Shown in pieces: positions 7,606-15,442 of a DNA stretch of 32,000 bases. A program made the position numbers and the translations under genes. Source of the DNA: Xanthomonas campestris pv. campestris str. ATCC 33913 (lineage in GTDB: Bacteria > Pseudomonadota > Gammaproteobacteria > Xanthomonadales > Xanthomonadaceae); NCBI RefSeq assembly GCF_000007145.1, contig NC_003902.1, positions 3,716,497 through 3,748,496 on the forward strand, written 5' to 3'. The notes under the pieces were generated by a model. The model was not told where the DNA came from and ran no database searches. It saw nothing but the letters and a program-made list of their open reading frames with translations. Position 1 is the first letter of the stretch. Every line of letters starts with the position of its first letter.

Positions 7606-8256
7606 ATGAACCAGGATTGTTGCTCGCGATTGATCAGAGTTGCCGCCGCTCCAGCAGTGCTGTCCCCAGAGTTGGCTGATCTCCTTGCGCTTCAGCGAAC
7701 AGAAGAGCCTGAAACACCTGTGCTATTGCAAGAGGTCACCCAGGACGTGCTCACGACTAGCATCCTCGGAGGAACCTACGATCTAGGCATCGGTTGGCCG
7801 GTAGCCACCGATGCCCTAGCCGTCCTGCCACTGTGGCGCGACCAATTAGCCGTCGCTTTGCCCGCTCGTTCCCCACTGCTGGCAAAGCGTGCTATTTCAT
7901 TACAGGTAACACTCAGTTACCCATTGATTTGTTGGCATCCGAATCCTTGTGTTGAAGGGCTTGATACGGAGGCAGAAACGGATGATCGAAGCGCTCATCT
8001 ATGCCGGGTTGCAGTCACATCCTTCGATCTGCTTACGGTACTCGTTGCGGCTGGCTATGGCATCGGTATTGCGCCGAAGAGCTACATAGTCAGTGCCCGT
8101 AATCGAGGTATCGTCATGCGCCAGATCCTCGGCACTCCTCGTTGGGTTTACACCTGTCTTTTTCGATCGGCTAATGCTCTCTCACCTGCAGTTGAAAGGT
8201 TTGTCGAGCGAGCGTCACGGGTAGCGATATCCACGGAAAACAAGCGTTTCAGGTGA
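7606..8256 (+). CDS. LysR substrate-binding-domain-only protein (no N-terminal HTH); possibly a truncated LTTR
   Basis: The sequence aligns by eye with the effector domain of the LysR at 6298 (...LPARSPLL..., ...LVAAGYGIGIAP...). It begins directly at the linker/RD-I region. GGAGGGG lies ~10 nt upstream of the ATG at 7606. The ORF track start at 7567 is a TTG. Confidence 0.65.
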   Translation: MNQDCCSRLIRVAAAPAVLSPELADLLALQRTEEPETPVLLQEVTQDVLTTSILGGTYDLGIGWPVATDALAVLPLWRDQLAVALPARSPLLAKRAISLQVTLSYPLICWHPNPCVEGLDTEAETDDRSAHLCRVAVTSFDLLTVLVAAGYGIGIAPKSYIVSARNRGIVMRQILGTPRWVYTCLFRSANALSPAVERFVERASRVAISTENKRFR

Positions 8257-8326
8257 AAACTGGAGCGGGATTTTGATAGACCGTTTATGGCGTTGTCGTG
8301 CATCGCTGCTATCGGCAAAAAAGAGG

Positions 8327-9328
8327 CTACAGAGAGGGCACAGTCGGCCGCTGCCGAGCTTCTTGCTCCGGAATCTGGTGTGGAGGCTGCTGCTGCGCGC
8401 GCTCCGTTACCGACTCACTGCTTTGCAGTTTTCGCACCTTTTCGAAAGATTGCTCAACTGGCGTCTGTATCGCCTCCTGAGTCGGCATGTATGCGCGCAG
8501 GGTTGCAGGGTTGTCTGAAGCGCCCTGCAGAATGAAGATTTTTTCGCCGGGCGCTGCGGCATTGGTCTGCTTGCTCAGTGCGATTTCGTCAACGCTACTG
8601 AAGTTGTTTTGCTTGGCGAGCGCATACACACTGGCGGTAATGCGGGCGCTGTCTGCAGCTTGCACGTGACCGGAATTTTTTAGTCCTTCGATCTTCTCGC
8701 GTATCTGCTGCATCAAAGCGTGATCCGGATGACCCTGGCGAATTGGATCGTTGGCCGGGGTACGTTCTAGCTCCCGGTTCTGGGCTGGTTGCTCGCGGTA
8801 GCGCAGTTCCTCTATACGTTCCTCTGACAGCATACGGTTGCCAAGGCCCGGCTCGACCCTGCCAGGGAAACCCTCTACCGGTAAACTCATCAATTCGCCA
8901 AAGGTTCGGAAGGCGGAATTGCTATTAACGGTGTCACCAAACACCTTGAAGCCATACTTGGGATAGTTCAGATTCAGTGCGTTGAGTTCTGGCATCGCTT
9001 TAACTGCAGTGTTCCAACGCGCCAGGATCTCATCCTTATCGCCGATGACGACGGTGCGTGATTGCTGGTTATCCTCAATGAAGGTACTTCGACTCACGTC
9101 GGTGCCAACTGAGGCTGCATAGGCACCATCGAGCGCAAGGTTCCAAGCACGAAGGGAGTGCCTAGCCTCGTCAGTACCTATTGTGAGTGCTTCGCCGGTT
9201 TGTCGATCAGTGGCCAGGCCGTGTAACTCAGCTAGAGCTTTACCCTGCTCATCGCGCAAAACCCAGAAATCGTGTCCAGCTACACCAAGAACATTGAGTG
9301 ATCTTGCTTCAATCGTATACTTCGGCAT
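8327..9328 (-). CDS. Candidate X-T4SS effector (X-Tfe-like): unassigned N-terminal ~190-aa domain plus C-terminal XVIPCD-like secretion domain
   Basis: The C-terminal ~140 aa read GHPDHALMQQIREKIEGL...SVDEIALSKQT...GEKIFILQGASDNPATLRAYMPTQEAIQTPVEQSFEKV, then a Q/P-rich tail (QQQPPHQIPEQEARQRP). This matches the motif order I know from XVIPCD domains. Recognition is by eye only. Confidence 0.65.
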   Translation of the reverse strand: MPKYTIEARSLNVLGVAGHDFWVLRDEQGKALAELHGLATDRQTGEALTIGTDEARHSLRAWNLALDGAYAASVGTDVSRSTFIEDNQQSRTVVIGDKDEILARWNTAVKAMPELNALNLNYPKYGFKVFGDTVNSNSAFRTFGELMSLPVEGFPGRVEPGLGNRMLSEERIEELRYREQPAQNRELERTPANDPIRQGHPDHALMQQIREKIEGLKNSGHVQAADSARITASVYALAKQNNFSSVDEIALSKQTNAAAPGEKIFILQGASDNPATLRAYMPTQEAIQTPVEQSFEKVRKLQSSESVTERAQQQPPHQIPEQEARQRPTVPSL

Positions 9329-9360
9329 GCTCTGTTCAATCCATGAATGCTTTGCTATTG

Positions 9361-9780
9361 CTACTTGCTAGAGACGCACGAGTCTAGCAAGCTCTTGAGG
9401 TTGGTCATCGCCTGTGCCACCCCTAGGTCAATAAAGTAGGGACCGCCACCTCTCAGCGTTATATCCGCCTGGTTAGCTCCTTGCGCACGTTCGATGCGCA
9501 TGCGGAAACCAGTGCGGTTCTTATCGTCAAAGGTCCCAGATTCAAGCACACCATTGATGCTGTCCTTACGCGTGATTTCTCTCCAAGAACTATCGGTTGC
9601 GGAGAGTTTGCTGATGCTGAGTTCGGCGCAGTCAAACAGACGTTGGTTCGGAAGATCACGAGGTATTGCCAAGTGATCGGAAGCTGTTGGGATCTTCCCG
9701 GTGGCTAGGAACGCGTTGCATCCACCCAGCGAGGAGATCGCCAAGCTAATGATAGTGAAAACTTTCAGCCGAGGTTTCAT
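9361..9780 (-). CDS. Small lipoprotein (139 aa), candidate cognate immunity protein (X-Tfi-like)
   Basis: Signal peptide MKPRLKVFTIISLAISSLGG|C, with a positive n-region, a hydrophobic core and a lipobox. SD GGAGA lies 6 nt upstream. The stop codon is 32 nt before the effector-like ORF on the same strand. Confidence 0.6.
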   Translation of the reverse strand: MKPRLKVFTIISLAISSLGGCNAFLATGKIPTASDHLAIPRDLPNQRLFDCAELSISKLSATDSSWREITRKDSINGVLESGTFDDKNRTGFRMRIERAQGANQADITLRGGGPYFIDLGVAQAMTNLKSLLDSCVSSK

Positions 9781-9964
9781 GTGGCTCTCCTGATAAGCGC
9801 TTAACGCATCACACTTCGACGATGCTGCGAGAGTGACGGAACACCAGTGTAAGTGGAACAGTAAGGCTTGTTGGTTTGACTACCCATTAGAGGAGCACTT
9901 GGGGCCTCGCACTTAGACATGACTTTTGAAGCCCCATTCGCCTTGCTCGGCGTTCATCCCCGCC

Positions 9965-11845
9965 TCAAAATTCAGACATGCATTCGGCAATCCTGTTTAT
10001 GGGGACTCGCTTCTCAACGACTGGCGTCGTTGCTTCAGATACGGCCCGGCAAACCGCCTCAACCATCGCTTGCTGATTGTCCGAAGTGAGCGCCTCAATA
10101 GGCGACTTGCCATCAAGTTCCTCGCGAGGTCGCGTCAAGGCGTAGTAGATATCCCATGTATCAACGCCACGGTGCAGACGCTTGAGTACCGCCTGCACCA
10201 AGCGGCGCTTGAACATGTTGAGTTGCCACACCGGAACCCGCTGCCCCTTGTTGCCCAACTGAATTGAAAGTAGGTTGCGGGCCTGGATCTCGTAAGTAAT
10301 CCACCGCCGCGATTTGCCCGCGAGCTTGGCATAGTCCGCGACGACCAGGTTGTCGGGCCCTTCAAAAATGTCCAGTACCTCCAATCGCTCTCGCTGGACC
10401 TCAGAGATCTTCGGTAGAGCGTATTCAGGCATTTGCACTGCAGAGAGCCGCTGAGTCCCGGTGCCGACAGCTGGCATCGTTTGCTCATTGGGTGCTACCA
10501 GCATGATGGGAGCGTGTTGGCCCAACGCCGGCAGCGGCGTGACTTTCTGACCGGCAATTGTGGGAACGCCCTGAAGGTGGATGGTGAGGTGCGTGCTGGC
10601 AATCTGAACCTGATTTTGCTCGAACAGATCCAGCCGATCAGCCCAGTCCTGCATCATTAGCCGACGCTGTTCAACGTACTCGGCATGGTTGTAGGTGGCG
10701 CTGATGCGATTGGGGTCAGCATGTGAGAGTTGCGCGTCGACCCAGACCTTGGGGTAACCCAGCTCATTGAGGGCGGTTGAAATCGTCGCCCTGATGCCGT
10801 GACCGGTGAGACGACCGTCATAGCCCAGCCGCTTGATCGCACGGTTGACCGTGTTTTCGCTCATGCGGGCAGTGATTCGCTTCACGCCTGGGAAAAGGTA
10901 GGTCTGCGCTGGTTTGAACAGGTCGAGCATGTGCCGCACGATCTCGATGGCTTGCACGGGCAGCGGCACGATGTAGGGCGGGATGTCAGTTACGCGTTTT
11001 CGCTTCTTCTTGGTCAGCATCTTGCGCTGCTTGAGCGACATCACCGGGATGATCCATAAACCTTGTTCCAGATCGAATTGGTCCGGCGTGGCCAAACGTA
11101 GTTCGCCTGTGCGTACACCCGTCAGCAGCAACAGGCGAATGGCCAATTGGGTCATCTGCATGCCGCGGTACTTGCGAAGTGTCTGCAGAAACAGGGGGAG
11201 CTCGGGCATACGCAGGAATGGGTTGTGCTCAACGGGCGGCAACGGAACAGCGACCACGTGTAGATCGATGGCGGGGTGCTCGACCATGCCCGGAATGACC
11301 ACCATGGCGTAGTCGGCGAGTTGCTTGAGCCAGGTGCGCACCTTTTCGGCGACGGACAGTGACTCGCGTTTCTCGATCCGGCCGATCACCTCCAGTAGCA
11401 CCGGACGGGTGATCTCGTAGATGGTGTAGCGTTTGAGGTAAGGGAATACATCTTTTTTGAACACGCGGCGGATCTGTTCCAGCGAACTTTGACGACCTTC
11501 TTCCAGGGTCAGTTGCCGGTGTTCCATCCACTTTTCGTAGACCGCCATGAAGGTGTTTTCGCCAGCCAACCGGATGGCTTGGCGTTTTTGCTTTCGGTCG
11601 GTGCGCGGGTTGATGCCCTTGGCGACGAGGGCACGGGCCTGGTCACGAAATTCGCGCGCGTCGCGCAGAGAGAGTTCGGGATAGCTGCCAAGCGAAATTC
11701 GGGCACGTTGTCCAACCCAGGTGTAGCGGAAGTGCCAGGCTTTGCCGCCAACAGGGGAGACGTAGAGGAACAAACCGTCGAAGTCTGCGAGGGTGTAGGG
11801 CTTGTCGGAAGCCTTTGCTTGCCGGACGACCATATCTGTGAGCAT
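9965..11845 (-). CDS. int: P4-type tyrosine integrase with ~215-aa C-terminal extension
   Basis: N-terminus MLTDMVVRQAKASDKPYTLADFDGLFLYVSPVGGKAWHFRY is an arm-type DNA-binding domain. Catalytic motifs are LTGVRTGEL, GHGIRAT and ATYNHAEY. GGAG lies upstream of the ATG at 11845 (the ORF track TTG at 11854 is unlikely). The core ends near residue 410 of 626. Confidence 0.9.
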   Translation of the reverse strand: MLTDMVVRQAKASDKPYTLADFDGLFLYVSPVGGKAWHFRYTWVGQRARISLGSYPELSLRDAREFRDQARALVAKGINPRTDRKQKRQAIRLAGENTFMAVYEKWMEHRQLTLEEGRQSSLEQIRRVFKKDVFPYLKRYTIYEITRPVLLEVIGRIEKRESLSVAEKVRTWLKQLADYAMVVIPGMVEHPAIDLHVVAVPLPPVEHNPFLRMPELPLFLQTLRKYRGMQMTQLAIRLLLLTGVRTGELRLATPDQFDLEQGLWIIPVMSLKQRKMLTKKKRKRVTDIPPYIVPLPVQAIEIVRHMLDLFKPAQTYLFPGVKRITARMSENTVNRAIKRLGYDGRLTGHGIRATISTALNELGYPKVWVDAQLSHADPNRISATYNHAEYVEQRRLMMQDWADRLDLFEQNQVQIASTHLTIHLQGVPTIAGQKVTPLPALGQHAPIMLVAPNEQTMPAVGTGTQRLSAVQMPEYALPKISEVQRERLEVLDIFEGPDNLVVADYAKLAGKSRRWITYEIQARNLLSIQLGNKGQRVPVWQLNMFKRRLVQAVLKRLHRGVDTWDIYYALTRPREELDGKSPIEALTSDNQQAMVEAVCRAVSEATTPVVEKRVPINRIAECMSEF

Positions 11846-12085
11846 GCGTACCAACTCCTGATGCTGCGAGTTGGATGCGATGTTTGTTCTCAGGTGGCCT
11901 GCTCTTCCAGCAACAATGCGGAACGGGTGTTCACCGCATTTTGTACCGCAAAACGTACCGATTTGTACCGGTAGTCAGTGGATTTCGCTGGACGTCACTG
12001 GACTGAAGAAGAGGGGTAATTCAGAACCAGATCAGTCACTTACAACGTTCCTTGGCGCTGGGTGGACGTCAGTGGAAAGTCGAAG

Positions 12086-12159
12086 TGGAGCGGGCGATGG
12101 GAATCGAACCCACGTCAGTAGCTTGGGAAGCTACAGCTCTACCATTGAGCTACGCCCGC
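12086..12159 (-). tRNA. tRNA-Gly (anticodon CCC), CCA encoded
   Basis: The reverse complement folds as a cloverleaf: GCGGGCG-TA-GCTC-AATGGTA-GAGC-T-GTAGC-TTCCCAA-GCTAC-TGAC-GTGGG-TTCGATT-CCCAT-CGCCCGC-TCCA. Length 74 nt. Confidence 0.95.
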
Positions 12160-12217
12160 GTGGCGTGGGCAGAGTTTATGCGCCGGCAGGCCTTGGGCGC
12201 AATGCGTGGCGCACATG

Positions 12218-12243
12218 ACAAGGGCCGGTTACCCGGCCCTTGT
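12218..12243 (-). terminator. Perfect 11-bp hairpin downstream of the esterase gene
   Basis: ACAAGGGCCGG-ttac-CCGGCCCTTGT lies 39 bp after the stop codon at 12282. There is no U tract, so function as an intrinsic terminator is uncertain. Confidence 0.4.
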
Positions 12244-12281
12244 CGTAGACAGCCTTAGCGCTGCGGGTGCAGCGGGTACGG

Positions 12282-14099
12282 TTAGAAGTTGCCGCTGAAG
12301 TTCACGAACACGGTGGCGTCGCGGGCGCTGCGCTGGGCGGTGGTGGTGCTCAGGCCGATGTTGCTCTGCAGGCCCCAGATGCCGGTGCGGGCGCCCAGCA
12401 CAACGGTCGCGTAGTTGCGGTCGAAGTTCTGGCCCGGGACGGTGTACATGCCCACTTCCGGCATCGACTGCAGCCAGGCGCTGGCTTCGGTGCCGTCCTT
12501 GAACTCGTGGTCGTAGGTGGCCTGCAGGTACGGCTTGACCGGCGCGCCATCCAGGCGCACCTGGAAGCCGATGCGGCCCACCAGCGAGTCGATGTCCTGG
12601 TCGGCATAGCCCAGCGCGGTGGAGCTTGCGTTGCTTTCGGTGTAGCCGTCGAGCTTGAGCTTCTGCCAGGTCAGGCCGACCACCGGGCCGTACTTGACGT
12701 TGCCTTCGCCCAGCGAATAGCCGGCATTGACCGCGGCAGTGAGGTTACTGCCGTCCGGCGAGCCACTGTGCACGCGGGTGGCTGGCCCCAGCTGGACTTC
12801 GCGGTCCACGTCGTAGCTCAGCCAGCTGTAGCTGACCTGGGCGTTGACCCAGACCGGGCCGGTGTACCAGCCGACGAAGCCGCCCAGCGTGGTGTCATCC
12901 TGCTTGAAGCTGCCGTTGCGGTTGCCGAAGTCGGCATCCATGCGGCCGAAGCCGGCAAAGCCGCCGAACACCAGGTCACCGGCGGTCCAATCCACGCCGA
13001 ACAGGCCGGCCGGCGCCATGCCGTCGTACAGGTCCGCATCGTCATAACGCTGAATGTCGCCACGCACGCTCCCCCACCAACGCAGGCCATCGGCCTCGGG
13101 CTTCCCATCAAGGTGCCAAGCCACCTGGTCGGCACGTGCGCGGCCGCCGGCCTGGGCGGAGCGCGTCAGCACCTGCTGCAGGCGCGGCGCTTCCAACAGC
13201 GAGATGGCGTACTGGCCCAGGATCTGGTGGGTGGCCGTGGTGGGGTGGATGCCGTCGGCGAACACATAGGTGTTGGGCGCGTTCGCGGCGACCAGGCTGG
13301 TCGGGTTGCAGGCCGGCAGCGCGAGCGCCGGGTTGCAGGCGGTACCGGTGACGTTGCTGAAACCGTAGATGCCCGGGTCGGCAACCACTTCCTGCAGGAT
13401 GTGGAAGGTATCGACCGGGATCACCCGCAGGCCGGCCGACTGCAGGCCGTTGAACAGTGCGGTGTTGTAGGCGGTGGCAGCGGCCGTGCCCTGCGCCATG
13501 GCGGCGGCACCGCCGGCGCGGAAGCGCGGGGTGATGCCCACATCCGGAATGGTCGGCACCATCACATAACGTGCGCCAGCGGCCTGCAGCGCGCCAACCG
13601 CGCCCACCTGCGCGGTCACGGCGCTGCCGATGATGGCCTGCGCCTGGGCAGGCGCGGTGGCTGCAGCGAGCAGGTCATTGGCGCCGCCCCACACGGTGTA
13701 CAGCGCATTCGGGTTGGCCTGACCACCGTTGGCCACCAAATAGGTATTGACCTGGCTGGTCACCGACGGTGCTGCGCCGAGCGCGCTGACCGAACTGGCC
13801 TGGATGCGCGCGCCGCCGGCAGCGTAGTTGTCGCCGGTCTGGCCATTGCCGTTGGGCGCCGCATTGGTGCCGAAGTGGTCGCCCACGTATTCGGCCCACA
13901 CCCAGCCCGGGTTGGTGGTGAACTTGCCGGTGACCGCGCGCGAGGCGGCCGGCAGCAGCGGGTTGTAGTAACCGCTGTCGGTGAGGCTGTCACCGAAGAA
14001 CACGGTTTGATCGAAGGCCGAGTCGGCCATGGCCGGGCTGGCCGCCAGCGCGATGGCCACGGCCATCAGGGAACGGATCGGGCGAAGGGTTGAAGCCAT
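12282..14099 (-). CDS. estA: GDSL/SGNH esterase-lipase autotransporter (EstA-like)
   Basis: Signal peptide MASTLRPIRSLMAVAIALAASPAMA, then the GDSL block FFGDSLTDSG. The C-terminal ~280 aa is an aromatic-rich beta-barrel ending ...VFVNFSGNF. Confidence 0.9.
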   Translation of the reverse strand: MASTLRPIRSLMAVAIALAASPAMADSAFDQTVFFGDSLTDSGYYNPLLPAASRAVTGKFTTNPGWVWAEYVGDHFGTNAAPNGNGQTGDNYAAGGARIQASSVSALGAAPSVTSQVNTYLVANGGQANPNALYTVWGGANDLLAAATAPAQAQAIIGSAVTAQVGAVGALQAAGARYVMVPTIPDVGITPRFRAGGAAAMAQGTAAATAYNTALFNGLQSAGLRVIPVDTFHILQEVVADPGIYGFSNVTGTACNPALALPACNPTSLVAANAPNTYVFADGIHPTTATHQILGQYAISLLEAPRLQQVLTRSAQAGGRARADQVAWHLDGKPEADGLRWWGSVRGDIQRYDDADLYDGMAPAGLFGVDWTAGDLVFGGFAGFGRMDADFGNRNGSFKQDDTTLGGFVGWYTGPVWVNAQVSYSWLSYDVDREVQLGPATRVHSGSPDGSNLTAAVNAGYSLGEGNVKYGPVVGLTWQKLKLDGYTESNASSTALGYADQDIDSLVGRIGFQVRLDGAPVKPYLQATYDHEFKDGTEASAWLQSMPEVGMYTVPGQNFDRNYATVVLGARTGIWGLQSNIGLSTTTAQRSARDATVFVNFSGNF

Positions 14100-14254
14100 G
14101 GGAATGCCTGCTCAAGGTAGAGTGGAACCGGACCGGCCTGCATACGTACGCCGGCGAATGGCACATCGTTTCACCCTCGCCGTCCACGCTCACGCTGCAT
14201 TGCCGCATAACGCAAAACGCGCGCCCTGGCGGCACGCGATGCAACAATGATGAC

Positions 14255-14455
14255 ATGAACATTCAACTCAACGGCACTCCACGCACGCTTCCCGACGACG
14301 TGCTGTTGTCCGCGCTGCTGGAACTTGAAGGTCTGTCGCAGCGCCGCGTTGCGGTGGAGGTCAATGGCGAAATCGTCTCGCGCGGGTTGCACGCCACCCA
14401 TGCGCTGCGCGAGGGCGACGTGGTGGAAATCGTGCATGCACTGGGCGGCGGTTGA
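14255..14455 (+). CDS. thiS: Sulfur-carrier protein ThiS
   Basis: 66 aa, MNIQLNG...VEIVHALGGG, with the diagnostic C-terminal GG. Lies directly upstream of thiG. Confidence 0.9.
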   Translation: MNIQLNGTPRTLPDDVLLSALLELEGLSQRRVAVEVNGEIVSRGLHATHALREGDVVEIVHALGGG

Positions 14456-14503
14456 TCGCGGTGATGGCCGGCGCATCCACGCCCGATCGGTGATAATCGC
14501 CGC

Positions 14504-15298
14504 ATGACACTTTCCGCCCCCTCCGATGCGCTGGTGATCGCCGGCAAGCCCTACCGTTCGCGCCTGCTGACCGGCACCGGCAAGTTCAAGGACCTGGACG
14601 AAACCCGCCTGGCCACCGAGGCCGCTGCCGCGCAGATCGTCACCGTGGCCATTCGCCGGGTGAACATTGGCCAGGACCCCAACGCGCCCAGCCTGCTCGA
14701 TGTGCTGCCGCCGGACCGCTACACCCTGCTCCCCAATACCGCCGGCTGCTACACCGCCGAAGACGCGGTGCGCACCTGCCGGCTGGCCCGTGAGCTGCTG
14801 GATGGCCACAACCTCACCAAGCTGGAAGTGCTGGGCGACGAGCGCACGCTCTATCCGGACGTGGTGCAGACGCTCAAGGCCGCCGAACAACTGGTCGCCG
14901 ACGGTTTCGAGGTCATGGTGTACACCTCCGATGACCCGATCCTGGCCAAGCGGCTGGAAGAAATCGGCTGCGTGGCGGTGATGCCGCTGGCCGCGCCGAT
15001 CGGCTCGGGCCTGGGCATCCAGAACAAGTACAACCTGCTGGAAATCATCGAAAACGCCAAGGTGCCGATCATCGTCGACGCCGGCGTGGGCACCGCCTCC
15101 GATGCCGCCATTGCGATGGAACTGGGCTGCGACGGCGTGCTGATGAACACCGCCATTGCCGGTGCACGCGACCCGATCCTGATGGCCAGCGCGATGCGCA
15201 AGGCGATCGAAGCCGGCCGCGAGGCGTTCCTGGCTGGCCGGATTCCACGCAAGCGCTACGCCTCGGCATCGAGCCCGGTCGATGGCGTGATCGGATGA
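14504..15298 (+). CDS. thiG: Thiazole synthase ThiG
   Basis: [10 protein letters not shown]..., LLPNTAGC..., [13 protein letters not shown]..., GVLMNTAIA are canonical ThiG blocks. Confidence 0.95.
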
Positions 15299-15442
15299 GC
15301 AGGCGCGCCGAGATGGCCTTGCATGCGCGGCCTGCGCCTGGCGCGGGCCACGGCGCGCGACGCCTGCTTGGCTTCCATTTTTCCTTTACTCACGCCCCTC
15401 TCCCCGCGGGACAGTGGCGTTGTTTGCCGATGGCTGATTTTC

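Larger units (their letters stand above)
1230..12085. mobile_element. Integrative genomic island (right junction at the tRNA-Gly 3' end; left limit undefined, bounded in the window by IS elements)
   Basis: A tyrosine integrase gene lies next to the 3' end of an intact tRNA. GC content drops by eye relative to both the IS DNA on the left and the core genes on the right. Cargo consists of regulators, an effector-like gene and an orphan giant gene. Confidence 0.8.

Noticed and set aside
8273-8669. Several 60-82-aa plus-strand ORFs at the 3' end of the effector-like gene
   Set aside because: They overlap one another in three frames and lie antisense to the XVIPCD-like coding region. There are no start signals or motifs.
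9250-9328. H-x6-D (GHDFWVLRD) near the N-terminus of the effector-like protein as a LAS/M15-type zinc-peptidase motif
   Set aside because: It lies only 19 residues from the N-terminus. It lacks the surrounding S-x-H-x-x-G-x-A-x-D context, and no convincing third His block is present. Evidence is insufficient to call a metallopeptidase.
9926-11974. Plus-strand ORFs opposite the integrase (9926..10267, 10983..11312, 11489..11974)
   Set aside because: They are antisense to a gene with a complete set of tyrosine-recombinase motifs. Shadow ORFs.
11871-12258. ORFs 11871..12218 and 12052..12258 spanning the tRNA
   Set aside because: They read through a well-folded tRNA-Gly gene and the att spacer, so they are not credible coding regions.
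12267-14093. 608-aa plus-strand ORF covering the whole esterase region
   Set aside because: It lies antisense to a gene with clear GDSL, signal-peptide and autotransporter motifs. Its translation is low-complexity G/A/V/R-rich with no motifs. This is a typical shadow ORF of high-GC DNA.
14100-14254. Possible TPP (THI-box) riboswitch upstream of thiS-thiG
   Set aside because: I looked for the conserved CUGAGA and ACCUGAUCUGGAUAAUGCCAGCG-like cores on the plus strand and did not see them. In this lineage the riboswitch is expected elsewhere, for example before thiC.
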